64,000 nucleotides of DNA from Candidatus Eiseniibacteriota bacterium (GTDB lineage: Bacteria > Eisenbacteria > RBG-16-71-46 > JABDJR01). A program made the translations under genes and the position numbers. The notes below the pieces were generated by a model. The model searched no databases, was not told where the DNA came from, and worked only from the letters and a program-made list of their open reading frames with translations. The stretch lies in the NCBI GenBank assembly GCA_963762255.1, contig CAVXKA010000002.1, positions 1,344,001 to 1,408,000 on the forward strand, given 5' to 3'. Each line of letters starts with the position of its first letter. Within the stretch, counting starts at the first letter, position 1. This document shows, in pieces, positions 1-10,231 of this stretch.

Positions 1-49
1 GGGGAAGATTCGAACTAGCCCCCGCCCGCTCGGTGACCCCGCGCCGTCC

Positions 50-1594
50 TCACCAGGTCAACAGATCGTCGCCGAGGAACCGATGGAGTTCCTGGCGCTC
101 GGCCAGGTTCACGGCCTCGCTCCACAACTCGACCGGGTTCGTGTCGTCGGTGAGGACCTGGGCACCCTCTGTCTTGGGCTCGAAGCGGTTGTCCCATGCA
201 TGGTTCATCTGGATCAGCATCCAGTGCGCGTAGTCGTCCTCGATGTAGTCCGCGGCATTGGGAATGGTGTTCTCGGGTAGATCGAGATCGCGATCGGATA
301 CCAGGAGCACGACATTCCCCATCGCATCGGGGGGCTCCTGCGTCGGCAGCGCGACGACGTTGCGGAAGTGCCGCCTTAGCGTCGCCGCCACGGACCGAAC
401 GATGGGCGTGTCCCAACCGAGGGACTGGAGGTTGACCGCCACGATGCCGTCGGGGACGAGCCGCGACTTCACCAGCTCGAAGTACTCGTCGGTGACCAGA
501 TGGAACGGGATGACCCCACTGCCGTAGGCGTCCAGAACCACGGCCTTGTAGGGGCCGGAGTGGGTTCTCAAGTACCGGCGGGCATCCATGCACTCCACCT
601 GAGCTTCATCGTCGCGCAGCCCGAAGTAGCTGTGGGCGAGCACGATCACGTCGGGGTCGATTTCCACGGCGTCCACCTGCCAGTGGGACGCGGCGAAACG
701 CTTGGCGACCGAGCCTCCCCCGAGCCCCACCACCAGAGCGCGTCCTCGCTCGGTATCGAAGAGCCGGATGATATCGGTGGCCACGACGTAGGGGGCCACG
801 GATTCCATGGTCTCCCGATCCACGATGGTGTGCTGGGATCCGCCGAGGATGAGGTAGCGCTGATCCCATCTCTCGATCACCCGAAGCTCGGCGTAGGGAC
901 TTTCGACGAACGCCAACGTGTTGTTCCTTGCGGCGGGATCCATCCGAGGCATCAGCACGCCGGCGAAGCCGGTCAGCACAAGACAGAGGATGGGAGCGAT
1001 CGCGCCCCTTCGGGATCGGCGGTCCCCGATCATCGCCAGCGCCCCCGCGATGAGCAGGAGCAATCCGATCAGCACCGTGAGCCGGCGCACGCCCATGCTG
1101 GGGATGAGGAAGAACCCGGTGGCGATCGCGGCGACCACGCTCGCCACGGTCCCGACCGCGTAGATGTTGCCGGCTGCGCGCCCCACCTCGCCCAGGTTCT
1201 GCGCCCGCAGCTTGATGGCATACGGCGAGACCATGCCGAGCAACGTGAGCGGCGGAGCGAAAAGCACCAGCGCGGCGAGGAGGACGGCGGCCCGCAGACC
1301 GAGGGGTTCGACAAGCTCCAGCACGGGTCGGCGAAGCCAGGGCACCAGCAGCATCCACACGCCTGCGGCGGCGAGCACGTAGCCCACGCGTGCCAGGCGC
1401 GGGTTGCGATCCGCCCACCTTCCTCCCGCCGCGTACCCGGCGCTGAGGGCGGCCAGCGTTACCGAGATCAGGGCGGACCACAAGAAGAGGCTCGTTCCGT
1501 AGTACGGAGCGAGAACCCGCGTGCCGAGGATCTCGATGGCCAGAACGGCGGCTCCGGAGATCGACACGATGAGATAGAGCAGCCAGCTTCCCAT
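50..1594 (-). CDS. Fused membrane domain / spermidine synthase-like SAM-dependent transferase
   Basis: N-terminal multi-TM region (EILGTRVLAPYYGTSLFLW) followed by an aminopropyltransferase-like domain (VVGLGGG, VEIDP, MDARRYL, VLDAY, VLTDD). Start moved to ATG 1594 (MGSWLLY). Confidence 0.85.
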   Translation of the reverse strand: MGSWLLYLIVSISGAAVLAIEILGTRVLAPYYGTSLFLWSALISVTLAALSAGYAAGGRWADRNPRLARVGYVLAAAGVWMLLVPWLRRPVLELVEPLGLRAAVLLAALVLFAPPLTLLGMVSPYAIKLRAQNLGEVGRAAGNIYAVGTVASVVAAIATGFFLIPSMGVRRLTVLIGLLLLIAGALAMIGDRRSRRGAIAPILCLVLTGFAGVLMPRMDPAARNNTLAFVESPYAELRVIERWDQRYLILGGSQHTIVDRETMESVAPYVVATDIIRLFDTERGRALVVGLGGGSVAKRFAASHWQVDAVEIDPDVIVLAHSYFGLRDDEAQVECMDARRYLRTHSGPYKAVVLDAYGSGVIPFHLVTDEYFELVKSRLVPDGIVAVNLQSLGWDTPIVRSVAATLRRHFRNVVALPTQEPPDAMGNVVLLVSDRDLDLPENTIPNAADYIEDDYAHWMLIQMNHAWDNRFEPKTEGAQVLTDDTNPVELWSEAVNLAERQELHRFLGDDLLTW

Positions 1595-1789
1595 GATGAG
1601 GGGTCCTCCGCGGGTGGCGAAACGGGCGTGGGCCGAACTCCCGCGCAAGGGCGCGGCGGCCGGCCTCGGCCCCGGGCGAGGTCCGAGGCATTGTACTGCG
1701 CCCGCCGCTGTTCGCGCGCCCCGGAATGTGCGATCCTCCGCACGGCTTCGCCGGTTTGGCGGAACCCGCTTCGCTCCACATCCCTCTGC

Positions 1790-3067
1790 ATGATACGAAA
1801 CCGAACCCTCTTCATTCTGCTGTTCGTGCTGGCGGCCGTCGGCCGGCTCGCTTACATCGTTCAGTACCGGACGTACGTGGCGATCAGTTCAGGTGGCGAG
1901 ACGGAGCACGTCGCGGCCACGCTGGCTCGGTATGGATTCCTCGGAGACGCATTCGGGCCCGGCACGGGGCCCACCGCTCATCTCGCCCCGCTCTATCCGA
2001 TACTCCTCGCAGGGGTCTATCGCGTTTTCGGATCGAACACGCTGGAAGGCAGGCTGGTTCAGGAACTCCTGGCCATTGCGGTCACCAGCGCCGGCATCGC
2101 GCTCCTCCCCCTCGTGGCGCGAAAGGCACGACTTCCGCTCGCTGCGGGAATCCTCGCCGCGGTCTTCATGGCGGTGCTTCCCATCCATCTCTGGATCGAG
2201 ACCTCGGGGAGTTGGGAACAGCCCTATGCGGCGCTGGCCCTTCTGGGGATTCTTTGGTGCTTTATCTCTATGCACGAGGCCGGGTGGCGATCCTGGCGCG
2301 CAGCGGCGCTGGTCGGAGCGTTCATCGGCGCCGCGGCCCTGCTCAGCGCGTCGTTGTTCGCGGCGGGAGGCTGCATGGCGGCCGCCGCGTGGTGGAGCCG
2401 GCCGAGCGCGCGGAAGCAGGTCCTGACGCGAGGGCTGGTCCTCGCCGTGATGTCGGTCCTCGTAATCGCGCCGTGGACGATTCGCAACCACCGGGAGCTG
2501 GGGGGCTTCATCCCGCTGCGCAGCAACTTCGGTCTGGAACTCGCCGTGGGCAACAACGACAACGTCAATGGCATCGGGTACGAGCCCTCCTGGGAGGGAC
2601 CGGAACGCCCCGGGGTTCCCCCGCATCCGTTCCGCAACCCCGCGGAGGGGGCGAAGCGCCAGGCGATGGGCGAGCGGGCCTACATGGCGGCCAAGCAGCG
2701 CGAGGGGATGGAGTGGATCAGGACGCACCCGAGTCGTTTCGCGACGCTCACCTTTCGCCGGTTCATGCTCTTCTGGTTCCCCACACCGGATCTCTGGATG
2801 GCACCAACGCCGTTGCGAGGCCTCAAGGCGGCGATATCGGGCGTGATCGGCGCGGGGGCTCTACTCGGACTGGCCGGACTCTTCGCCGCGCGGCACCCCT
2901 ACCGCTGGTACTTCCCGGCCGCATTGTTCGGCACCTCGGCGGTCTACTTCGTTCTGCATGTGAGTGTGCGCTACCGATATCCGATCTTCGGCCTTTCGAC
3001 CCTGCTCGCCGCATGGGTGGTGCTTCGCACGATCGAGTGGGTCCGCAAGAGAATCCGATGCGCATGA
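1790..3067 (+). CDS. GT-C fold integral membrane glycosyltransferase (ArnT/PMT-like)
   Basis: Multi-TM protein from ATG 1790 (MIRNRTLF) with PLYP, PWTIRN...G.FIP and RYRYP motifs typical of GT39-like proteins. Confidence 0.7.
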   Translation: MIRNRTLFILLFVLAAVGRLAYIVQYRTYVAISSGGETEHVAATLARYGFLGDAFGPGTGPTAHLAPLYPILLAGVYRVFGSNTLEGRLVQELLAIAVTSAGIALLPLVARKARLPLAAGILAAVFMAVLPIHLWIETSGSWEQPYAALALLGILWCFISMHEAGWRSWRAAALVGAFIGAAALLSASLFAAGGCMAAAAWWSRPSARKQVLTRGLVLAVMSVLVIAPWTIRNHRELGGFIPLRSNFGLELAVGNNDNVNGIGYEPSWEGPERPGVPPHPFRNPAEGAKRQAMGERAYMAAKQREGMEWIRTHPSRFATLTFRRFMLFWFPTPDLWMAPTPLRGLKAAISGVIGAGALLGLAGLFAARHPYRWYFPAALFGTSAVYFVLHVSVRYRYPIFGLSTLLAAWVVLRTIEWVRKRIRCA

Positions 3068-3528
3068 AGCGCCAGCTTCACCTGCTCCCCCTCTTGGGGA
3101 TCATCCCCTCGTTTCTCCTTGCCGCGTACTCCCTCACGCAGCCGTGGGCGCGCGGGCGTTTCATGCTCGTGCTCGGCATCTCGCGCAGCCCGGGCGCCGC
3201 GCTCCTCGTGGTCATCGTGCTGGCGGGAATGGTGGCGGTGAGCATGACCGCGGCGGCCCGGTTCCGTTATCTGACCCTGGCCGGTGCAGTGCACCTTGGC
3301 ATGGGTGCCCTTATGGGCGGCGTATCCTGGATCGCGTTCCGCATGGTGCGCCACGCCGGGGTGAAACTCCTGGGCTTCGTGCCCCTCACGTCGATCCACC
3401 CCGCAGACGGGCTATGGCTCTTTCTCGGCGCCTCGCTCATGGTGGTGGTGCTGGGCTTGGTCGAGATCGCGGTCTCCCAGGAGCGCCGGCGTCGCCGGAA
3501 GCGGATGTCGAGACTGCGGCCGGCCTGA
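3064..3528 (+). CDS. Hypothetical 4-TM membrane protein
   Basis: Hydrophobic ORF with a basic C-terminal tail; its ATG overlaps the upstream TGA (ATGA at 3064-3067). Confidence 0.65.
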   Translation: MKRQLHLLPLLGIIPSFLLAAYSLTQPWARGRFMLVLGISRSPGAALLVVIVLAGMVAVSMTAAARFRYLTLAGAVHLGMGALMGGVSWIAFRMVRHAGVKLLGFVPLTSIHPADGLWLFLGASLMVVVLGLVEIAVSQERRRRRKRMSRLRPA

Positions 3529-3649
3529 CCCCGGGCTCCTTCCTCCCCGCAATCAAACTCCAGGTGCTTCCCCCGCCCTGTGCCAGTACAATGCCCCCTT
3601 ACCCCTCTGAGCCTCACAACACTCCAGCCACCGACAGGGAGTCCCACCT

Positions 3650-5650
3650 GTGATTACGACCCCCACCGCAGCCATACCGCCTATCCAGGGGCGCACGCTC
3701 TTCGGTCACCCGACCGGGCTCTTCACGCTGTTCTTCGCCGAGATGTGGGAGCGCTTCTCGTATTACGGCATGCGCTCGCTCCTCGTGTTCTACATGCTGA
3801 AGGGATTTCTGGGGTACGGCGACTCCCAGGCCTACGCGGTCTACGGCGCCTACGCCGCTCTGGTCTACATGACGCCGTTCTTCGGCGGGATGCTCGCCGA
3901 CCGGCTCCTCGGCGCCCGGCGTGCGATCGTCTTGGGGGGTCTCTTCATGGCCGCGGGGCATCTCCTGATGACGCTCCAGAACACGTTCACCTTCTTCACC
4001 GCGCTGGCGTTCATCATCGTCGGCAACGGCTTCTTCAAGCCCAACATTTCCTCCATCGTCGGCACCCTGTATCCGCAGGGGAGCCCCAAGCGTGACGGCG
4101 GATTCACGATCTTCTACATGGGCATCAATCTCGGCGCGGCGATGGCACCGCTCCTGTGCGGATACATCGGCGAGACCTACGGGTGGCACTACGGGTTCGG
4201 TCTGGCCACCATCGGCATGCTCACCGGCATCGCCGTCTTCGTGGCCCCCATCCTCCTCACCCAGATCCTCATCATGATGGGCGCGGCGGCGGCGGCCCTC
4301 GGCCTCTTCGTGTTCCGCCCCGACAACGTGTTCTCCACCGCCGCCAACATCTTCATCGGGGTCTCGCTCCTGGCCGCCGCGGTGGTGGCCTGGATCGCGT
4401 TGGCTCGCGGCGGGCTCCCCGCCGAGGCGGGCGGGCCTCCCGACCGCGAGCGCCTCAAGCGGCGCAGCAAGCTCGGCCTGCCCACCGACTGGACCGTGTA
4501 CGCGGGCGCGCTCTTGAGCATCCCCGTCTTCGCGCTGCTCGTGTCGGGGCTCTCCCCCTTCACCGCCAGCGGCAACGGGCTGTCGCTGGTGCCCCCGGCC
4601 GTAATCGAGCACCTGCACGCAAGCGGGGGACGGCTCATGCAGGTTCTCGCCGTGGTGCTCGAAGAGGTCAGCAAGCCGGCCGGGCTGATCCTCATGGTGG
4701 CGGGCCTCGGCGCCCTCCTCTACGTGGCCAAACAGAGCTTCAAGCTCGACCGCGTGCCGCGCCAGCGGATGTTCGTCGTCATGATCCTCACCTTCTTCTC
4801 GTTGCTGTTCTGGTCCTTCTTCGAGCAGGCCGGGAGTTCCATCAACAACTTCACCGATCGCAACGTGGACCGCGTGAACACCGAACGCATGGTGACGCCC
4901 GAGATGGTGGGGCAGACGATTCAGATCCAGCCCACGCAGAAGCAGCTCGGGTACCACAACGGCGAGCGGATCTTCACCCTGGACCAGCTCGACGAGCTGC
5001 GAAAGGTGAACCCGGCCAAGCCCGACTTCACCGTCGACTGGACGGTCGCGGCCGACAACGTGGGAATGGGGCTTGCCGAGCGCATCGACGAGACTCCGGC
5101 CAGCACGTATCAGGCGGTGAATCCCGCCTACATCATCGTCTTCGGGCTCGTGTTCACCGCATTGTGGGGGTTCCTGGCCAACCGCAGGCGCGAGCCGAGC
5201 ACGCCGTTCAAGTTCGCGCTCGGGCTGCTCCAGCTCGGGCTCGGCTTCGGCGCGCTGTGGTGGGGCGCGCAGCATGCCGACGCGCGCGGCATGGTCGGCC
5301 TGGAGTGGCTCTTCCTGGCGTATCTGCTGCACACCACAGGGGAACTCTGCCTATCCCCCGTCGGTCTCTCGATGGTGACGCGCCTCTCGCCGGTTTACCT
5401 CGTGAGCACCGTCATGGGCACGTGGTTCCTGGCCACCGCGTTCTCGGAGTACCTGGCCGCCATCATCTCGCAGTTCACCGGCGTCGCCGGCAGCGAGGGC
5501 AGCGGCGCGATGCCGATTCCCCGAGACACGGTTCATATCTACGGCGGCGTGTTCGGGCAAGTCGCGATCGCGGCCATCGTCTGCGCGGCCGTCTGCTTCA
5601 TGCTGGTGCCGTTGCTCAAGCGGTGGATGCACGAAGGGGAGCCGGCGTAG
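3650..5650 (+). CDS. POT/PTR family proton-dependent oligopeptide transporter
   Basis: EMWERFSYYGM (ExxER motif), GNGFFKPNISS, FYMGINLG and ELCLSPVGLS motifs; GTG start with an AGGGAG RBS. Confidence 0.95.
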   Translation: MITTPTAAIPPIQGRTLFGHPTGLFTLFFAEMWERFSYYGMRSLLVFYMLKGFLGYGDSQAYAVYGAYAALVYMTPFFGGMLADRLLGARRAIVLGGLFMAAGHLLMTLQNTFTFFTALAFIIVGNGFFKPNISSIVGTLYPQGSPKRDGGFTIFYMGINLGAAMAPLLCGYIGETYGWHYGFGLATIGMLTGIAVFVAPILLTQILIMMGAAAAALGLFVFRPDNVFSTAANIFIGVSLLAAAVVAWIALARGGLPAEAGGPPDRERLKRRSKLGLPTDWTVYAGALLSIPVFALLVSGLSPFTASGNGLSLVPPAVIEHLHASGGRLMQVLAVVLEEVSKPAGLILMVAGLGALLYVAKQSFKLDRVPRQRMFVVMILTFFSLLFWSFFEQAGSSINNFTDRNVDRVNTERMVTPEMVGQTIQIQPTQKQLGYHNGERIFTLDQLDELRKVNPAKPDFTVDWTVAADNVGMGLAERIDETPASTYQAVNPAYIIVFGLVFTALWGFLANRRREPSTPFKFALGLLQLGLGFGALWWGAQHADARGMVGLEWLFLAYLLHTTGELCLSPVGLSMVTRLSPVYLVSTVMGTWFLATAFSEYLAAIISQFTGVAGSEGSGAMPIPRDTVHIYGGVFGQVAIAAIVCAAVCFMLVPLLKRWMHEGEPA

Positions 5651-5665
5651 AGTCGCGGGATTCCG

Positions 5666-8600
5666 TCACACCCCGCCGCGCCGCAGCGTCAACGGCCGCG
5701 CCGCGTCGGTCACCGCGCCGATCTTGGCGGCGTAGGTCGTGCCTCGCGTGATGTCGGCGTCCGTGACGAAGTGCACATCGAGGAGCTTCTCCGTCCGATA
5801 GCCGGTTCGCAGGTAGTTCATCTCGGCCAGCGATGCGTTCCAGCCGTCGAGCCAGACGTGCAGATCGTGTCGCTGGCCCTTTGAGCCGGTGAAGTGCACG
5901 ACCAGGTCGATGTCGCTGTTCGGTCCGGCAGTGGCGTTCTTGGTGCTCCCGATCACGTAAAGCGCCTTCACACCGAAATGATCGGCGTCGAGCGTGGCCC
6001 CGATCCGCTCGGCCATGCGCATGCGCCAGCGCCAGTGATCCTCGGCGGGGGCGACCGCCGAGCGGGCAGCGATTCCCTCCACGCGCGGCCCGTGCCCCGG
6101 CGCGGCGAGGAACCCGACCGCCTCGTCGAAGTCCCCGTTCATGACCACGCGCAACACGCGCCCATCCGTGTGCGCCGGGACGTCGATGACGTGCACGGTG
6201 GAAGCCAGCCCCGCGAACTCGGGGAGCAATCCGGGCAGGATGTTGCGCGAGCCGAGCAGAAACTCCTCGTTGAACACGTTCCCCGGTTCCTCCGGATAGA
6301 GCGGGATGTACCGGATCTGGGCCTCCACGAGGTCCTGGAAGAAATGGGTTCCGAAGGAGACTTCGGGAGCGAACTCGCTCTTGCGGCTGGACACCTCGAG
6401 AAGCGCGGCAGTGTTGTTGATATCGGAGTAGGTCACTCCGACCCCCAGCTTGATGTCCCCCCGGCTCCCCCACCGCCCGGGCCCGATGAGGATGAACTGG
6501 CGCTTGGGCAGGAGCTTGTTGAGCCGCCGCACGACGCCGGCGACGTCGGTGAGATCCTTGTGAGTGGGCAGCGAGGCATAGCCGGCCGGATCCACATACA
6601 CGATGTGGGTGATGTCAGGGAGCCGTCCGTTGGAGATGAAGCGGTGGGCGGAGAAGACGATGTCCTCCGGGACCAGGTCGTGGGGAATGATCCCCGGCGC
6701 GTCCTCGCGCGCGTAGCTCTGCGGGCGGCACTGCAGGAGGTACAGATCCTTGCCGTCGTGGGCGAACTCGATGTCTACCGGGGTTCCCAGCTCCTCGCTC
6801 AGGATCTCCATCACCGTGCGGATCTGGGCCACGAACTGCGTCTCGTGGGTGAGGCCGTCCAGCGTGACCACAAACTCGTCGTTGTCCCAGTCCGGCTCCA
6901 GCGCCGACGGCGTCCGCAGGCGGTCGCGATCGACCATGGAGATGATGCTGCGCACCATCGGATAGTCCTCGCGGCATTCCCGCAATAGCGAGCGCAGGTC
7001 CACGGTCTCGAACGCGTTGCGATCGAGGTTGATCACGTCGACATACCTCGGACAGTAACGCAGGACCTCGGCCATGGAGACGTTCACACGCAACTGCGGC
7101 TGGCCGGGGGAAACCAGGACCGGATAGTCGTCCCCGATGCGGTCGACCGCCCGAGTGCCCAAGCCCGGAACCAGCCGGAGCAGCCCGTCCTCGCGGCGGA
7201 TGCGCGCCGACCAGCGGAACTCGTTGTTGGTGAAGCCGACGCCGGCAAAGGCGGGGAGGAAGTAGTTCCCCACGCGCTGGCCCACCACCTCCTGGATCAT
7301 GATCCCCATTTCCTCGCGGAAGTCGAGGAGGCCGCGCTCGGCGCGGTACTCGATGGGGTCGGGGCCGAAGATCGACGCGTAGACCTCGGCGATGGCGTCC
7401 TGGAGCGCCGCGAGGCGCTCCCGCTTGCTCCCCTGATTGGCCAGGAAGAGGCTCTTGTACTTGCCCGAGAACGCGGATCCGGTGCGATCCTCGAGGAGGC
7501 TCGAGCTGCGCACGATGAGCGGACGGTCCTCGAAATCGTCGAGCACCACCGCCAGCCCCTTCACGATCTCCGGGGGCATCTGCGAATTCTTGAAGACCTG
7601 AACGATGTGCGGATAGTCCTGGCGGATCCGCTCGATGTCCACGTACTTCTGTTTGTAGAGGTCATCCAGATTGTTGTGCCGCATGAAGGCGAGCACGCCG
7701 TCCGAGGCCACGTGCCAGGTCTTGGGAACCTTGATGGGCCCGAACTGATCGAGTTGATCCGTGTGCCGCCGCAGGATGTGGTCCGCGACGTAGAGTCCCG
7801 CCGCCTTCCCTCCCAGCTTGCCCTGGCTCTGCGGCGGATAGACGACATGCCGGACCAGATCGTAGAAATCGCTGATCTGGACGTGCTTCTTGGCGAGGTT
7901 GATGTACTCGAGACGATCGGTGAAGAGCCGCTGCAGGAGCGACACGCGCAGGCTCATCTGTACCGCGGGCGGCAACTCCGACTCCTCGACCGACGCCGAC
8001 TGGTACCGCTCCACGGCTTCGATGATGTTGCCCAGATTGCTGTCCATGTTTTCGAGCGTGCGGATGAGGAAGCTCGCCTTCTCTTCCTGGATCCATCCCT
8101 GGACGCTGGACATGAGTTCGGACTCGCCGATGTTCAAGGCGGCGATCTCGAACACCCGCTGGGTGAGTTCGAGCGTGCTACGCATGAGCTTGCGGGCGGC
8201 GGGGCGATTCTCGCCGCCGGCCCCTCCTTCGCCTCCCTGGGCTCCTCCCGGCTCGCCCTGCAGGATCCCCCTCACCTCGCTCACCCCGCTCCAGGAGAGG
8301 TAGTTGACCATCTTGCGCGTGACCCGCTCCAGCAGTGCGGGATCGGTGCGCCGCATGAAGTCGATCATCACGACCCAAGCCGGGCGGTCCGGCGTGCGGC
8401 CGCTCTGGAGCGCAGCCTCCATCGTCTGGTAGGCCATGCGCAAGCGCCGCTGCAGGAGGTAGAGACCGATCCGGTCGGCGATGGCCTGAATGAGCCTGCG
8501 CTCTTCGGCGAGGAAGGGTCCCTCGTCCGACTTGGGGCGCCGCTCGGTGTAGAAGACGGTGATCGTCCCCGCCGGCTCGCCCTGAACGGCGACGTCGGCC

Positions 8601-8851
8601 GACATCGCCCAGGAATCCACGGGGGGACCATCCATCCCGTAGACGGTGTCGCGCACCTCGATCCGCGCGCCGCATACATCGGGGAACTGCCATCCGGAGG
8701 GGATGATGGGGACGAGTTCGTTCATGACCTCGTCGGGGGGCGCGTCATGGCGGCTCAGGATTTCGTCCACCCGGTAGAGGCAGGAGAATTCCTTCGCGCG
8801 CTCGCGCAACGCGAGAAGGATGTCGTCGAACGAGCGTTCGGGTTCCGTCAT
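5666..8851 (-). CDS. PPDK/PEP-synthase N-terminal-like (ATP-grasp) protein with a C-terminal nucleotidyltransferase domain
   Basis: LGGKAAGL, IVRSSSLLED, FSGKYKS, MIQEVVG, PVDIEFA, LLQCRP and GTHFFQDL motifs; C-terminal GSTKNATAGPNSDIDL (GS...DxD). Confidence 0.85.
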   Translation of the reverse strand: MTEPERSFDDILLALRERAKEFSCLYRVDEILSRHDAPPDEVMNELVPIIPSGWQFPDVCGARIEVRDTVYGMDGPPVDSWAMSADVAVQGEPAGTITVFYTERRPKSDEGPFLAEERRLIQAIADRIGLYLLQRRLRMAYQTMEAALQSGRTPDRPAWVVMIDFMRRTDPALLERVTRKMVNYLSWSGVSEVRGILQGEPGGAQGGEGGAGGENRPAARKLMRSTLELTQRVFEIAALNIGESELMSSVQGWIQEEKASFLIRTLENMDSNLGNIIEAVERYQSASVEESELPPAVQMSLRVSLLQRLFTDRLEYINLAKKHVQISDFYDLVRHVVYPPQSQGKLGGKAAGLYVADHILRRHTDQLDQFGPIKVPKTWHVASDGVLAFMRHNNLDDLYKQKYVDIERIRQDYPHIVQVFKNSQMPPEIVKGLAVVLDDFEDRPLIVRSSSLLEDRTGSAFSGKYKSLFLANQGSKRERLAALQDAIAEVYASIFGPDPIEYRAERGLLDFREEMGIMIQEVVGQRVGNYFLPAFAGVGFTNNEFRWSARIRREDGLLRLVPGLGTRAVDRIGDDYPVLVSPGQPQLRVNVSMAEVLRYCPRYVDVINLDRNAFETVDLRSLLRECREDYPMVRSIISMVDRDRLRTPSALEPDWDNDEFVVTLDGLTHETQFVAQIRTVMEILSEELGTPVDIEFAHDGKDLYLLQCRPQSYAREDAPGIIPHDLVPEDIVFSAHRFISNGRLPDITHIVYVDPAGYASLPTHKDLTDVAGVVRRLNKLLPKRQFILIGPGRWGSRGDIKLGVGVTYSDINNTAALLEVSSRKSEFAPEVSFGTHFFQDLVEAQIRYIPLYPEEPGNVFNEEFLLGSRNILPGLLPEFAGLASTVHVIDVPAHTDGRVLRVVMNGDFDEAVGFLAAPGHGPRVEGIAARSAVAPAEDHWRWRMRMAERIGATLDADHFGVKALYVIGSTKNATAGPNSDIDLVVHFTGSKGQRHDLHVWLDGWNASLAEMNYLRTGYRTEKLLDVHFVTDADITRGTTYAAKIGAVTDAARPLTLRRGGV

Positions 8852-8903
8852 GCTCTCCGCCGACGCCGCCAGGGCGGGCGCGGTTCGGGCAAACGCGCCC
8901 CGC

Positions 8904-8934
8904 CGCGGCGTCGAACAGGACGCTCGACGCCGCG
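8904..8934. other. 11-bp inverted-repeat hairpin between gdh and the PPDK-like gene
   Basis: CGCGGCGTCGA-N9-TCGACGCCGCG with no U-tract; possibly an mRNA-stabilising stem. Confidence 0.5.
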
Positions 8935-8944
8935 ACGGACCACT

Positions 8945-10231
8945 CTAAACCCAGCCGCGGTCGCGGCAGGCCTTGGCCACACGATCCACCGCGATCATGT
9001 AGGCCGCATCCCGCATGTAGACCTTCCGCTTGCGGGCGAGATCGCTCACCGCCTGGAACGCGGAGGTCATCTTCAGGTCGAGCTTGCCGAGCACTTCGTC
9101 CTTCTCCCAGAAGTAGTTCATGTTGCTCTGCACCTGCTCGAAGTAGCTGCACGTCACGCCGCCGGCGTTGCAGAGGAAGTCCGGGATGTTGAAGACGCCG
9201 CGCTCGTGGAGGATCTTGTCCGCCTCGGGCGTGGTCGGCCCGTTGGCGCCCTCGGCCACGATCTTCACCTTCTTGGAGATCCTGACCGCGGTTTCCGCGG
9301 TGAGCTGGTTCTCGATGGCGGCGGGGATCAGGATATCCACGTCGTAGTCGAGCCATGCGTCGCCGGGGAGCACCTCGTAGCCGAGCCCCTTGGCCTTCGT
9401 CTTGTCGATCCCGCCGAACTTGTCGGTGATCCCCTGCAGCTCGGCCAGATTCACACCGCTCTTGCGATAGTAGGTGTGCGACTCGCGGTCCTGCTGATCC
9501 CAGCAGGACACCGCGACCACGGTTCCACCGAGCTGCTGGTACAGATCGATGGCGTACTGCGCGACGTTGCCGAAGCCTTGCACGCTGGCCGTGGTCTTGG
9601 CCGCGTCCATCCCCATCTGCTTGAGCGCCTCGCGGATGGTGTAGACCACACCGTACCCGGTGGCCTCAGTGCGGCCCAGAGATCCGCCCATCCCGACCGG
9701 CTTGCCGGTGATGAAGCCGGGGGCGCGATGGCCGTGAATCGCTTCGTACTCGTCGAGCATCCAGAGCATGTGCTGCCCCGAGGTCATCACGTCGGGCGCG
9801 GGCACGTCGCTCTCCGGCCCGACATTGCGGGCGAGCTGGCGCACCCAGCCCCGGCAGATCCGCTCTTGCTCGTGCATGCTGAGGTTGTGGGGATCGCAGA
9901 CCACGCCGCCCTTGCCGCCGCCGAGCGGAATATCCACGACCGCGCACTTCCACGTCATCCACATCGACAGCGCGCGGACCGTGTCGATGGTCTCGAGCGG
10001 GTGGAAGCGGATCCCGCCCTTGCATGGCCCGCGCGCGTCGTTGTGCTGCACGCGGAAACCCCGGAAGACCTGGACGCGCCCGTTGTCCATCCGCACCGGA
10101 ATGCCGAAAGCGTACTCACGCAACGGATACCGCAGCAGCTCGCGCGTGCCCTCGTCCAGATCCAGCTTGCCCGCCACGGCGTCGAATTGCGCCTGCGCCA
10201 TGGCATAGGGATTGAACCCCTTGGTCGTCAT
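8945..10231 (-). CDS. gdh: Glutamate dehydrogenase (Glu/Leu/Phe/Val dehydrogenase family)
   Basis: GPCKGGIRFHP, MTWKCA, GGGKGG, DVPAPD, GRTEATG, QGFGNV, AEGANGP and NAGGV motifs; start ATG 10231 (MTTKGFNP). Confidence 0.95.
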   Translation of the reverse strand: MTTKGFNPYAMAQAQFDAVAGKLDLDEGTRELLRYPLREYAFGIPVRMDNGRVQVFRGFRVQHNDARGPCKGGIRFHPLETIDTVRALSMWMTWKCAVVDIPLGGGKGGVVCDPHNLSMHEQERICRGWVRQLARNVGPESDVPAPDVMTSGQHMLWMLDEYEAIHGHRAPGFITGKPVGMGGSLGRTEATGYGVVYTIREALKQMGMDAAKTTASVQGFGNVAQYAIDLYQQLGGTVVAVSCWDQQDRESHTYYRKSGVNLAELQGITDKFGGIDKTKAKGLGYEVLPGDAWLDYDVDILIPAAIENQLTAETAVRISKKVKIVAEGANGPTTPEADKILHERGVFNIPDFLCNAGGVTCSYFEQVQSNMNYFWEKDEVLGKLDLKMTSAFQAVSDLARKRKVYMRDAAYMIAVDRVAKACRDRGWV

